From NCBI GenBank assembly GCA_038087875.1, contig CM075987.1, positions 28,460,001 through 28,494,315 on the forward strand: a DNA stretch of 34,315 bases. The letters run 5' to 3'. The first letter of the stretch is position 1. Each line of letters begins with the position of its first letter. Position numbers and translations under genes: made by a program. This DNA is from Malacoraja senta (taxonomy: Eukaryota). Of the stretch, positions 11,820-22,505 are shown piece by piece. The notes under the pieces were generated by a model. That model worked only from the letters and a program-made list of their open reading frames with translations, did not search any database and was not told the DNA's origin.

Positions 11820-11932
11820 TAATTTCAAGGAATAACCGTGAGTCAACTGCTCGCCCACCAGCCGTGAGTGAGCTGCCAGCACATCAGGCTTGAGTGAATG
11901 AGCTGTCACCCCAAGAATCCATTTGGCCCACA

Positions 11933-12256
11933 GCGGAGGGTGATGGCTAGGCGCAGGCCTGGTTCCTGTGGCTTTCTCATATAGGTGTCTTTTTTTTCAG
12001 CAGAGGGCCCATGTTTGTCATTAAACAGGTCAGGGGGTATTCTTGTGATGTTTTTAAAAGCAGACAAATCCTCCTCATGCAGCACATTTATCAGGCTCTC
12101 ATGCTGTCCAAGCCTGAATCTTCTTTGCAAGAGGGGCTTCACCCACTGAGACCTCTTCTTGTGCTTCCTCTTCACCCTTGTTTTTGCCCATCTGCCTTTA
12201 GGCTGCAGAAGCAAAAGGCCTGCTGCAAACAGCAGGAGTTGTATTTTTACTGCCAT
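11933..12256 (-). mobile_element. PIF/Harbinger transposase N-terminal fragment
   Basis: KRSQWVKPLLQRRFRLGQHESLINVLHEEDLSAFKNITRIPPDLF...KKDTYMRKPQEPGLRLAITLR matches the Harbinger 'WV.P....R...G....L..ED...F.N..R....F...K.DT.MR....P..RLAITLR' pattern. Confidence 0.88.
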
Positions 12257-12284
12257 CGTGGATTAGGTGGCCCAAGTGGGACAG

Positions 12285-12815
12285 CCCCTTTAGTCAGCCA
12301 CAGTCGCCTCATTCTTCCCTCAGAATCTTTCTTCCTCTTTGGGATGAAAAGATCCTGCATCTTCCAAATTATTCTCAGAAACTTCTGCCATTGCTGTTCC
12401 ACAATCATTCTTGCTTGGATCGCTTTGTACTCAACAATAGCCACCTCCTTACTTATGCCTCTACAGTTACCTTGACTCTACAGTAATGCCGTCACATCTG
12501 ATATCATCTTCTCAAACTGCAGGTCGAATTTTATCATATTATGTCACAAATTCCTAGGGGTTCCTTTACCTTAAGCTCCCTAATCAAATCCAGTTCTTGC
12601 ACAACACCGAATCCAGAATTGCCTTTTCCCTGGTCGGCTCAACCACAAGCCGCTCTAAGAAGCCATCTTGCAGGCACACTACAAATTCCTTCTCTTGGGA
12701 TCCAGTACCAGCCTGATTTTCCCAGGCTACCTGCATATTGAAATTCCTTGTAACATGGCCTTTCTTACATGCTGATTGTATCTCCTGCTGTAATTTGTAC
12801 TCTTCATCCTGACTC
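12285..12815 (-). mobile_element. Old CR1 ORF2 fragment (endonuclease/linker)
   Basis: NFNMQVAWENQAGTGSQEKEFVVCLQDGFLERLVVEPTREKAILD; EQQWQKFLRIIWKMQDLFIPKRKKDS. Confidence 0.88.
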
Positions 12816-12824
12816 GTGAGCGTC

Positions 12825-12958
12825 ACATCAGTGGTACGGAAGGTATTGAAGAGGATTCTTCAAGATAGGATTTACTCCCATTTGGAAGTAAATGGGCTAA
12901 TTAGGGATAGCTAGCATGGCTTTGTACATGGCTGGTCGTCTTATTAACTTGTTTGAGT
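12825..12958 (+). mobile_element. Short CR1 RT fragment in the opposite orientation to its neighbour
   Basis: TSVVRKVLKRILQDRIYSHLEVNGLIRDS*HGFVHG, the CR1 RT 'TSVVGKLLE.I....I..HL....I..SQHGF' segment. Confidence 0.8.
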
Positions 12959-12959
12959 G

Positions 12960-13049
12960 GGACAGGCCCATAAGAGTGCAAAAGAGCAGAGAGACCATCT
13001 CTGCTCATACTATAACTCAGCACTGGGCAGTGTGCCGTGGCAGAACTAA
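12960..13049 (+). mobile_element. PIF/Harbinger transposase C-terminal fragment with stop codon
   Basis: Translates GQAHKSAKEQRDHLCSYYNSALGSVPWQN*, the 'A...R..L..YF.S..G.VPWQ' terminus of Harbinger transposases. Too short for the ORF track. Confidence 0.8.
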
Positions 13050-13471
13050 GTAATTTGAGGGACAGCAGACAACAGGTGCATGAGGAGAACCCACATGCAG
13101 ACAAGATCAGCAAATGCTATGTTTAGTTTAAATCCTGCTGACTTTGTTTGATTTCAGTTTAAGTATGGATTTTTATTTTCATTTTTGTGTAAATAATTTC
13201 ATTGCAGATGTCTGTTCATAAAGTAGTATTTATCATGCATCTGCTGGTCTGATTAGTGTAGGTAGATCTACAAACATAGCCCTTGAATTCATTGCATTGT
13301 CTGTTTTATTGTCAGAATGTAGGCTGGTGCTTCATTTGTCAGCTGAATGATAAGAAATACTGGAAAAACTTATTTGTGTTTCATTTGCTAATTGACATGT
13401 ACGGTAAGCCCTATTGCAAACCACCGTTGTTTGCTGTGGTGCTCCATTTATCAAGATGTGTAAAAATGGCC

Positions 13472-13497
13472 TTTATTTATTGAACAAGATGAATAAA
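13472..13497. promoter_or_regulatory. Candidate opposed polyadenylation signals
   Basis: tttatttatt (AATAAA twice on minus, 13472-13481) and aataaa on plus (13492-13497), between the + transposase stop and the - exon cluster. Confidence 0.35.
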
Positions 13498-13859
13498 GAC
13501 TGTTTCACATTCACAGTGCGGTTTGTCTTATTTTCTGAGGTAAAATTATTTTACATTTAAAAGGCACAGCAAATGATTGTGAGATGTAAGATGTTAGTAG
13601 ATCGCATCCACTATTTGGTGTTTCATGATGAAGGAAATAGTACATTAAAGTCATGATACTATGGAATTATATTAAAATGAACAAGGTGAGAATCAAATGG
13701 ATTCTTAAAACGGTGTTTAACTATCACCCACTACAAAATGTGGGAGTATGCAAACGAAAACAATCTCAAACAGGGAAAAAACGGCATTAACATACAAATA
13801 AGAGTCTACATCAAAGGGTAAACTTTACTGCAGACCCATGTCTCTGAGCCTCTCTCCCT

Positions 13860-15062
13860 TCATCCACATCTGCGGAGACAGCCGGCTCCATATCCAGAAG
13901 CCAATGCTGTTAAGGCTGTTACAGCAGGCTGCAGATGTGTGAAAGTGAGTATGGTTCTCTGGAAAAGAATTAGGAAGTACATGTTAAAAGCTTTTTAGCA
14001 GACCATAAAAAGGTGCAGTTGGGTTATTCCAGATTTTACTGTAAACTTTATGAAAATGTATTATCTTTTCGGGCAAATCATGGACTATTCTTGCATCACA
14101 TCACTCAAGGAAGATCATTAATTTAATGGCCTTATGCGGTTGTGAATGAAAATTATTTAAACTACAATCTAACACAAAATAATACGCTTTGAATTGTATA
14201 CCTGTGCTGCCTGGTAATGTGGCTGTGCCCGGTTGCAATGTGTGCTCCCGGTAGCCTCACTGACTGCGTTTGAATTAGAGAATCATATATTAGAGGAGCT
14301 CAATGCATTAAAAAAAATCTCACTGAGCACTTCAATGTCAAAGGACTACACTAATGGAAGCGTTCATCTGATTTTCAATACCTGATCAAAATAGGGCAAA
14401 GGATGAGGCAGTAGATATGTGGGGCACGGCACCACTGTTTCATGTGTCACTTCTTTCAATTCCTGCACAGACAACAACACACATTAAATCATTGTGACTA
14501 TCTCATATGAGAAGTAAAGATATTGAAGCCAAGCGATAACACAAGTAGTTATAATTGAAATGGAATATTTACATTCTCGTGGTAGACGATTGCATTAGTC
14601 AAGAGAAGTTTTGTGAACGCCCACACGTTCCCTGTGGTATTGTTAGTTATCACGGAGGCCACACACTCACAGACTTTAAATACATGGTCATATTGCGGTG
14701 TCATTTCCCTGCGTGCATCACTCATCACTTTTATACCTTTTACAAGGTCAATGAGCTGAAACATAAGAACCCATGTTAAGAGCGCAATGGTGGATGGATG
14801 GATGCATTGGCGAATGAGAATTGAAATGTGCTGACTTCTAACTCTATGTACTTACAACAGTCTAGTGGTCTTTAAAACCTCTCCCTTCGTCATCCCGTCC
14901 AGGTGTGGTGCCGCCACTGTTGCTCTCCTGCAACATCTGCCTCCTGGAATGCTGGTGGATGGGCCCGGCGAAGAGGTCCCCTCCAGAGGATCATCCACCT
15001 CCTGCTCACTGCTCAGTTGTTGATGCTGGAATCATTTTTACAATGTGTCCAGAGCCTCATGA
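13860..15062 (-). pseudogene. Candidate decayed spliced gene (five exon-like blocks), possibly the Harbinger second (Myb/SANT-type) gene
   Basis: Canonical minus-strand GT/AG sites define blocks ~15062-14856, 14755-14671, 14462-14382, 14263-14202 and 13958 onward. Reading frames do not join cleanly and no domain is recognised. Confidence 0.4.
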
Positions 15063-15079
15063 CTGTAACTATGACATGA

Positions 15080-15538
15080 GGCAACAGACGGGATGCGAGG
15101 ATGGTGTGCTGCCTACCAGGTGCCAGGATCCAGGATGTCACGGACAGAGTGGAGAAAATCCTCAAGAGCGAAGGTGAACAGCCGGAAGTTGTAGTGCATG
15201 TTGGCACAAACGATGTCGGAAAGAAGGAGATGAATATTCTGAAGCGTGACTTTAGAGAGCTCAGAAAAGTGCTGAAAAGCAGGACTTCCAGGGTGGTTAT
15301 CTCCGGTTTGCTTCCAGTTCCTTGTGCTGGCGAGAGCAGGAACAGGGAGATACGGGACCTGAATGCATGGCTGGGGAACTTGTACAGGGGGCAGGGATTT
15401 AGATTCTTAGACCACTGGGATCTGTTTTGGAGAAGGGGGAACTGTACAAAAGGGGCGGATTGCACCTTAACAGGTGGGGGACCGGCATTCTGGCAGGCAG
15501 GTTTGCCACTGCGACACAAGTGGTTTAAAACTAAATAA
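15080..15538 (+). pseudogene. CR1 ORF1 SGNH/esterase domain fragment
   Basis: MVCCLPGARIQDV...PEVVVHVGTNDVG...RVVISGLLPVP...LNAWL...GFRFLDHW, the CR1 ORF1 esterase. Confidence 0.9.
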
Positions 15539-15864
15539 GGGGGGGGGGTGTCAAATGGGATAGTCGATGATGGAGTTAAAGGGAAAGGGAGTAAGGAGAT
15601 AGCTAATGACCCCAGAATTAATGGGAAAGGAAGCTCACAAAGGGATAGGAGAGTATGGCCAAGTGCAATAAGGATCGATGTGAAAGGTGAGATGCATAAG
15701 GAATTTAAAGTATTGTATTTGAAGTATAAGAAGTAAAGTAGATGAGCTTGAGGCTTAGTTAGAGGTTGGTAGATATGACATTGTAGGGATTACCAAGACG
15801 TGCCTGCAGGAGGATCGGGCCTGGGAACTTGATATTCAGGGTTATACATCCTATAGAAAGGACA

Positions 15865-17008
15865 TCCCTACCATTCCTTGACCTCACTATCTCCATCGCA
15901 GGTGATAGACTTCTGACCGACATTCACTATAAACCTACTGACTCCCATGGCTATCTGGACTACACTTCTTCCCACCCTGCTTCCTGTAAGGACTCCATCC
16001 CCTACTCCCAATTCCTCCGTCTATGCCGCATCTGCTCCCAGGATGAGGCGTTCCACACCAGGGCATCTGAAATGTCCTCATTCTTCAGGGAACGGGGGTT
16101 CCCCTCCTCCACACTAGATGAGGCTCTCACCAGGGTCTCTACCATACCCCGCAACACTGCTCTCTCTCCCCATCCCCCCACTCGTAACAAGGGCAGAGTC
16201 CCCCTAGTCCTCACCTTTCACCCCACCAGCCGTCACATACAACAAGTAATCCTCCGTCAGTTTCGCCACCTCCAACGTGACCCCACCACTTGCCACATCT
16301 TCCAATCTAACCCCATGTCTGCCTTCCGCAAAGACCGCTCCCTCCGTAACTCCCTTGTCAATTCTTCCCTTCCCTCCCCTCCCGTACTACCCCCTCCCCG
16401 ACACTTTCCCTTGCAACCGCAAGAGATGCTACACTTGTCCCTCTACTTCCCCCCTCCATTCAAGGACCCAAGCAGTCGTTCCAGGTGCGACAGGGGTTCA
16501 CCTGCATCTCCTCCAACCTCATCTATTGCATCCGCTGCTCTAGATGTCAGCTGATCTACATCGGTGCGACCAAGCGGAGGCTTGGCTATCGTTTCGCCGA
16601 ACACCTCCGCTCGGTCCGCAATAACCAACCTGACTTCCCGGTGGCTCAGCACTTCAACTCCCCCTCCCATTCCGTATCCGACCTCTCTGTCCTGGGTCTC
16701 CTCCATGGCCAGAGCGAGCAACACCGGAAATTGGAGGAGCAGCACCTCATATTCCGCTTGGGGAGTCTGCATCCTGGGGGCATGAACATTGAATTCTCCC
16801 AATTTTGTTAGCCCCTGCTGTCTCCTCCCCTTCCTATCTCTCCCTCAGCCCTCGGGCTCCTCCTCCTCCTTTTTTCCTTTCTTCTCCCCGCCCCCCCCGC
16901 ACCCCCACTCCCTAACAGTGAAGAAGGGTTTCGGCCCGAAACGTTGCCTATTTCCTTCGCTCCATAGATGCTGCTGCACCCGCTGAGTTTCTCCAGCATT
17001 TTTGTGTA
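15865..17008 (+). mobile_element. 5'-truncated Penelope-like element (Neptune type: RT thumb, Cys-rich linker, GIY-YIG, tail)
   Basis: LPFLDLTI...YKPTD...SIPYSQFLRL; PCNRKRCYTC; NLIYCIRCSRCQLIYIG.TKR...RFAEHL...HFN...LEEQHLIFRL...GMN. Flanked by cctata(g/c)aaaggaca (15850-15864, 17009-17023). Confidence 0.95.
16918..16946 (+). ncRNA. Minimal hammerhead ribozyme motif, core variant (GUGAAGA for CUGAAGA)
   Basis: gTGAAGA-agggtttcggccc-GAAACGTTg in the PLE tail. Confidence 0.6.
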
Positions 17009-18977
17009 CCTATACAAAGGACAGGCAGGTGGGCAGAGGAGGGGGGGGGGAGGTGGCTCTGCTGGTGAGGGAGGGAATTCAGTCCCTTGCGAGGGAAGAC
17101 ATAGGGGCTGACGAGGTAGAGTCACTGTGGATTGAGTTGAGGAATTGCGAAGGCATAAAGGCACTAATTGGTGTTATTTACAGACCACCAAATAGTAGCC
17201 GGATGTAGGGTGTAAATTGCAGCAGGAGTTAAAACTGGCATGTATCAAAGGTAATGCCACTGTGGTGATGGGGGATTTCAATATGCAGGTAGACTGGGAA
17301 AATGAGGTTGGTTCAGGACCCTAAGAAAGAGAGTTTGTAGAATGCCTCCGGGATGGATTCTTAGAGCAGCTTGTAATGGAGCCGACCAGAGAAAAGGCAA
17401 TTCTGGATTTAGTGTTGTCCAATGAACCAGATATGATAAGAGAACTCGAGGTAAAGGAACCGCTTGGAGGTAGTGATCATAATATGATTAGTTTTAATCT
17501 GCAATTTGAGAAGGAGAAGGTTAAATCGGAAGTGGCAGTGATGCAGTTGAACAAAGGAGACTATGAAGGCATGAGAGAGGAGCAGGCCAAGGTAGACTGG
17601 AAAGGGATCCTAGCAGGAATGACGGTGGAACAGCAATGGCAGGAATTTCTGGGATTAATCCGGAAGACACAGGATCATTTCATTCCAAAAAGGAAGAAAG
17701 ATTCTAAGGGGAGTAGGAGGCAACCGTGGCTGACAAGAGGAGTTCGGGAGAGAATAAAACTAAAAGAAAAAATGTATAACACAGCAAAGAGTAGCCGGAA
17801 GCCAGAGGATTGGGAAACTTTTATAGGACAACAGAAGGAAACAAAACGGGCAATACGGGCTGAAAAGATGAAGTACGAGGGGAAGCTGGCCAGGAATATA
17901 AAGAAGGACAGTAAAATCTTCTTTAGATATGTTAAGGGAAAAAGAGTAGCAAAGTCAAATGTGGGTCCCTTGAAGGCAGACATGGGTGAAATTATTATGG
18001 GCAACAAGGAAATGGCAGAAGAGTTGAATAGGTACTTCGGATCTGTCTTCACTAAGGAACACACAAACAATGTCTGCATCCCAGGGTCATCAGGGAGGTG
18101 GCTCTAGAAATAATGGACGCATTGGTGATCATTTACCAATGTTCAATAGATTCAGGATCAGTTCCTGTGGATTGTAGGATAGCTAATGTTATCCCACTTT
18201 TAAAGAAAGGAACGAGACAGAAAACGGGGAATTACAGACCAGTTAGCCTGACTTCGGTGGTGGGAAAGATGCTGGAGTCAATTATTAAAGAGGTAATAAT
18301 GGGGCATTTGGATAGCAGTAAAAGGATTAGTCCAAGTCAACATGGATCTATGAAAGGAAAATCATGCTTGACCAATCTTCTGGAATTGTTTGAGGATGTG
18401 ACAAGTAAAATGGATGAAGGGGGGCCAGTGGATGTAGTGTATCTAGAGTTTCAGAAAGCTTTTGATAAGGTCCCACACTGGAGACTGGTGACTAAAATTA
18501 GAGCACATGGTATTGGGGGTAGGGTGTTGACATGGATAGAAAATTGGTTAGCAGACAGGAAGCAAAGAGTATGAGTGAACGGGTCCTTTTCAGAATGGCA
18601 GGCAGTGGCGAGTGGAGTGCCGCAAGGCTCAGTGTTGGGGCCGCAACTGTTTACCATATATATTAATGAATTGGAAGACGGAATTAGGAGCAACACTAGC
18701 AAGTTGGGTGGCAGTGTGAACTGTGATGAGGATGTTAGGAGGTTGCAGGGTGACCTGGACAGGTTGAGTGAGTGGGCAGATGCGTGGCAGATGCAGTATA
18801 ATATAGATAAATGTGAGGTTATCCACTTTGGCGGCAAAAACAAGGGGGCAGATTATTATCTCAATGGGGTTAGGTTAGGTAAGGTGGAAGTACAGCGAGA
18901 CCTGGGTGTCCTTGTACACCGGTCACTGAACGTTGGCGTGCAGGTACAGCAGGCAGTGAAGATAGCTAATGGAATGT

Positions 18978-21289
18978 AGACAAAAATGCTGGAGAAACTC
19001 AGCGGGTGCAGCAGCATCTATGGTGCGAGGGAAATAGGCAACGTTTTGGGCCGAAACCCTTCTTCAGACGGATGTAGGGTGGTGGGGGGGTGGGGGGGGG
19101 GGGGGGGGAGGGGGGGGAGGAGAGGGGGGAGGAGAAAGGAAGAGAAACGAAGAGGAGGAGCCCGAGGGCTGAGTGAGAGCTGAGAAGGGGAGGAGACAGC
19201 AAGGGCTACCGGATATTGGAGAAGTCAATGTTCATGCCACTAGGGTGCAAACTGCCCAAGCGGAATATGAGGTGCTGCTCCTCCAATTTCTGGTGGGCCT
19301 CACTCTGGCCATGGAGGAGGCCCAGGGCAGAAAGGTCAGATTCGGATTGGGAGGGGGAGATGAAGTGCTGAGCCACCGGGAGATCAGATTGGTTATTGCG
19401 GACCGAGCGGAGGTGTTGGGTGAAACGATCGCCAACCCTACGCTTGGTCTCACCGATGTAGATCAGTTGACATCTAGAGCAGCGGATGCAATAGATGAGG
19501 TTGGATGAGATGCAGGTGAACCTCTGCCGCACCTGGAACGACTGCTTGGGTCCTTGGATGGAGTCGAGGGGGGCGGTAAAGCGACAAGTGTTGCATCTCT
19601 TGCGGTTGCAAGGGAAAGTGTCCGGGGAGGGGTGGTGTGGGAGGGAAGGGAAGAATTGACCAGGGAGTTACGGAGGGAGCGGTCTTTGTGGAAAGCAGAC
19701 AGGGGGGGAGATGGGAAGATGTGGCCAGTGGTGGGGTCACGTTGGAGGTGGCGAAACTGACGGAGGATTATTTGTTGTATGTGACGGCTAGTGGGGTGAA
19801 AGGTGAGGACAAGGGGGACTCTGCCCTTGTTACGAGTGGGGGGGATGGGGAGAGAGAGCAGTGTGACGGGGTATAGAAGAGACCCTGGTGAGAGCCTCAT
19901 CTATAGTAGGGGAGGGGAACCCCCGTTCCCTGAAGAATGAGGACATCTCTGATGCCCTGGTGTGGAACACCTCATCCTGGGAGCGGATGCGGCATAGATG
20001 GAGGAATTGGGAATAGGGGATGGAGTCCTTACAGGAAGCAGGGTGGGAAGAAGTGTAGTCTAGATAGCCATGGTAGTCAGTGGGTTTATAGTGGATGTCG
20101 GTCAAAAGTCTATCACCTGCGATGGAGATAGTGAGGTCACGAAATGGTAGGGAAGTGTCGGAAATGGTCCAGGTGTATTTGAGTGCAGAATGGAAATTAG
20201 TGGTGAAATGGATGAAGTCAGTGTGGGTGCAGGAGGTAGCACCAATGCAGTCATCAATGTAGTGGAGGTAGAGGTCCGGGGATGGGGCCCTGGTACGTAT
20301 AGAACAAGGATTGTTCGACGTACCCTACAAAGAGACAGGCGTAGCTGGGGCCCATGCGCGTGCCCATAGCTACGCCTTTGTATTTGGAGGAAATGGGAGG
20401 AGTCAAACGAGAAGTTATTAAGGGTAAGGACCAGCTCCGCTAGGCGGAGGAGAGTATCTGTAGACGGGGATTGGTTGGTTCTCCGTTCGAGGAAGAACCG
20501 GAGGGCTTTGAGACCGTCCTAGTGGGGGATGGAGGTGTAGAGTGACTGGACATTCATGGTGAAGATGAGGGGATGGGGGCCTAGAGAATGGAATGCGCGG
20601 AGACGACGGAGAGTGTCTGAGGTGTCTTGAACATAGGTAGGGAGGGATTTAACCAGGGGGATAGGATGGAGTCGAGGTATGTGGAAATAAGTTCGGTGGG
20701 GCACGAACAGGCAGAGACAATGGGTCTACCAGGACAGTCCATTTTGTGGATTTTAGGGAGAAGGTAAAATCGGGCCGTGCGGGGCTGGGGATTGATGAGG
20801 TTGAGGCTTGGGAGGGCAGGGAGTCGGAGTTGATGAAGTCAGTGATGGTGCTGGAGATGGTGGCCTGGTGCTCGTCTGTGGGGTCATGGTCCAGGGGTAA
20901 GTAGGAGGAGGTGTCCGAGAGTTGGCGCGTGGCCTCAGCTTTGTAGAGATCGACGCGGCAGACTACCACGGCACCTCCCTTGTCGGTGGGTTTGATCAGC
21001 CTGTCTGGGTTGTTGCGGGAGTGAGTCGATGGCAGTACGTTCAGGGGGGAGAGGTTAGAGTGAGACAGGGGAGCGGAGAAGTTGAGGGGGCGTTGATGTC
21101 CCGCTGGCAGTTTTGAATAAAATTGTCTAAAGCCGGAAGGCCATGAGGGGGGGTCCAAGAGGAGGGGGTCCGTTGGAGACGGGAAAAGGGATCAACAATA
21201 GGGGGCGAGGACTCCTTCCCATGGAAGAACGCAGTGAGGCGGAGGCGACGGTAGAAGAGCTCCAAGTCTGGTGGGGGCGGAACTCATTG
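18978..21289 (-). mobile_element. Penelope-like element (Neptune type), RT plus GIY-YIG, frameshifted, inserted in CR1 copy 1
   Basis: IKPTDKGGAVVV; FTMNVQSLYTSIPH; AMGTRMGPSYA; YIDD; LIYCIRC...YIGET. 14-bp TSD agctaatggaatgt (18964-18977, 21290-21303). Confidence 0.95.
19037..19070 (-). ncRNA. Minimal hammerhead motif, core mutated (GAAA to AAAA)
   Basis: Reverse complement cgtCTGAAGAagggtttcggcccAAAACGTTgcc. Confidence 0.55.
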
Positions 21290-22277
21290 AGCTAATGGAA
21301 TGTTGGCCTTCATAACAAGAGGACTTCAGTATAGGAGTAAAGAGGTTCTTCTGCAGTTGTACAGGGCTCTGGTGAGACCACATCTGGAGTATTGTGTACA
21401 GTTTTGGTCTCCTAATTTGAGGAAGGACATCCTTGTGATTGAGGCAGTGCAGCGTAGGTTCACCAGATTGATCCCTGTGATGGCGGGACTGTCATATGAG
21501 GAAAGATTGAAAAGACTAGGCTTGTATTCACTGGAGTTTAGAAGGATGAGGGGTTATCTTATAGAAACTTATAAAATTATAAAAGGACTGGACAAGCTAG
21601 ATGCAGGAAAAATGTTCCCAATGTTGGGCAAGTCCAGAACCAGGGGCCACAGTCTTAGAATAAAGGGGAGGCCATTTAAGACTGAGGTGAGAAGAAACTT
21701 TTTCACCCAGAGAGTTGTGAATTTGTGGAATTCCCTGCCACAGAGAGCAGTGGAGACCAAAACACTGGATGGATTTAAGAGAGAGTTAGATAGAGCTCTA
21801 GGGGCTGGTGGAGTCAAGGGATATGGGGAGAAGGCAGGCACGGGTTATTGATTGGGGACGATCAGCCATGATCACAATGAATGGTGGTGCTGGCTCGAAG
21901 GGACGAATGGCCTCCTCCTGCACCTATTTTCTATGTTTCTGCATTTCTTAATAAACAGACATGCACTTACAAGCCATTGAGGCCTTTGCAATTGAAGCCC
22001 TGTTTTAATTGCCTCCATTCTGCATATTTAATGTGGTCCTTCTTGAAGATAGGATTCACAGTTCAAAACAAACAGCGGACAAACAATACATGAGTTAATT
22101 GCCTGTCCTCATGCATATTTACTTTTTGGGCTGTTGGAGACAGGATTCAACAGTCAAACACATAACATGTAAAAGTTTTCTGCAACCTTACGTTTCCAGC
22201 TGCAAACCAAGTACAAACGTTTTATTTAATGCAAAATAAAGACCTTTCACATCAGTGAGACTGTCAATTTTATTTTT

Positions 22278-22505
22278 GAAAAGGGAGGGAGAGGGAAAAC
22301 GGGGAATTACAGACCAGTTAGTATAACATTGGTAGTGGGAAAAATGCTAGAGTCAGTTATTAAAGATGGGATAGCAGCACATTTGGAAAGTGGTGAAATC
22401 ATTGGACAAAGTCAGCATGGATTTATGAAAGGTAAATCATGTCTGACGAATCTTACAGGGTTTTTTGAGGATGTAACTAGTAGCGTGGATAAGGGAGAAC
22501 CAGTC
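22278..22505 (+). mobile_element. CR1 RT fragment (same subfamily as 885-2086) ending at the array junction
   Basis: KMLESVIKDGIAAHLESGEIIGQSQHGFMKGKSCLTNL...DKGEPV fused directly to endonuclease sequence QEDRAWELDIQG. Confidence 0.9.

Larger units (their letters stand above)
15080..21948 (+). mobile_element. Long CR1-clade LINE (ORF1 C-terminus, ORF2, 3' end), inactivated and interrupted by two PLE insertions (array copy 1)
   Basis: ORF1 esterase, then ORF2 from ~15700 (KVLYL...YDIVGITKT...GVIYRPP...MGDFN...SDH), RT and C-terminus (21300..21851), ending ttttctatgtttctgcatttct. Carries stops, a ~130-bp deletion near 18071 and loss of FADDTK. Confidence 0.95.

Noticed and set aside
10668..11909. 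413-aa ORF as a novel repeat-domain/CR1 fusion protein
   Set aside because: Chance read-through from tandem repeats into a 5'-truncated CR1; the 44-bp unit is not a multiple of 3 and the downstream RT is frameshifted.
13834..13944. Plus-strand 111-nt open exon candidate (tttactgcag ... gtgagt)
   Set aside because: Isolated, peptide unrecognised, and it overlaps the more consistent minus-strand exon series; cannot be supported alone.
14671..14706. MTPQYDHVFK resembling the Rab1 N-terminus (MNPEYDYLFK)
   Set aside because: No P-loop (LLIGDSGVGK) follows in frame or in neighbouring exon-like blocks; a short match is plausibly chance.
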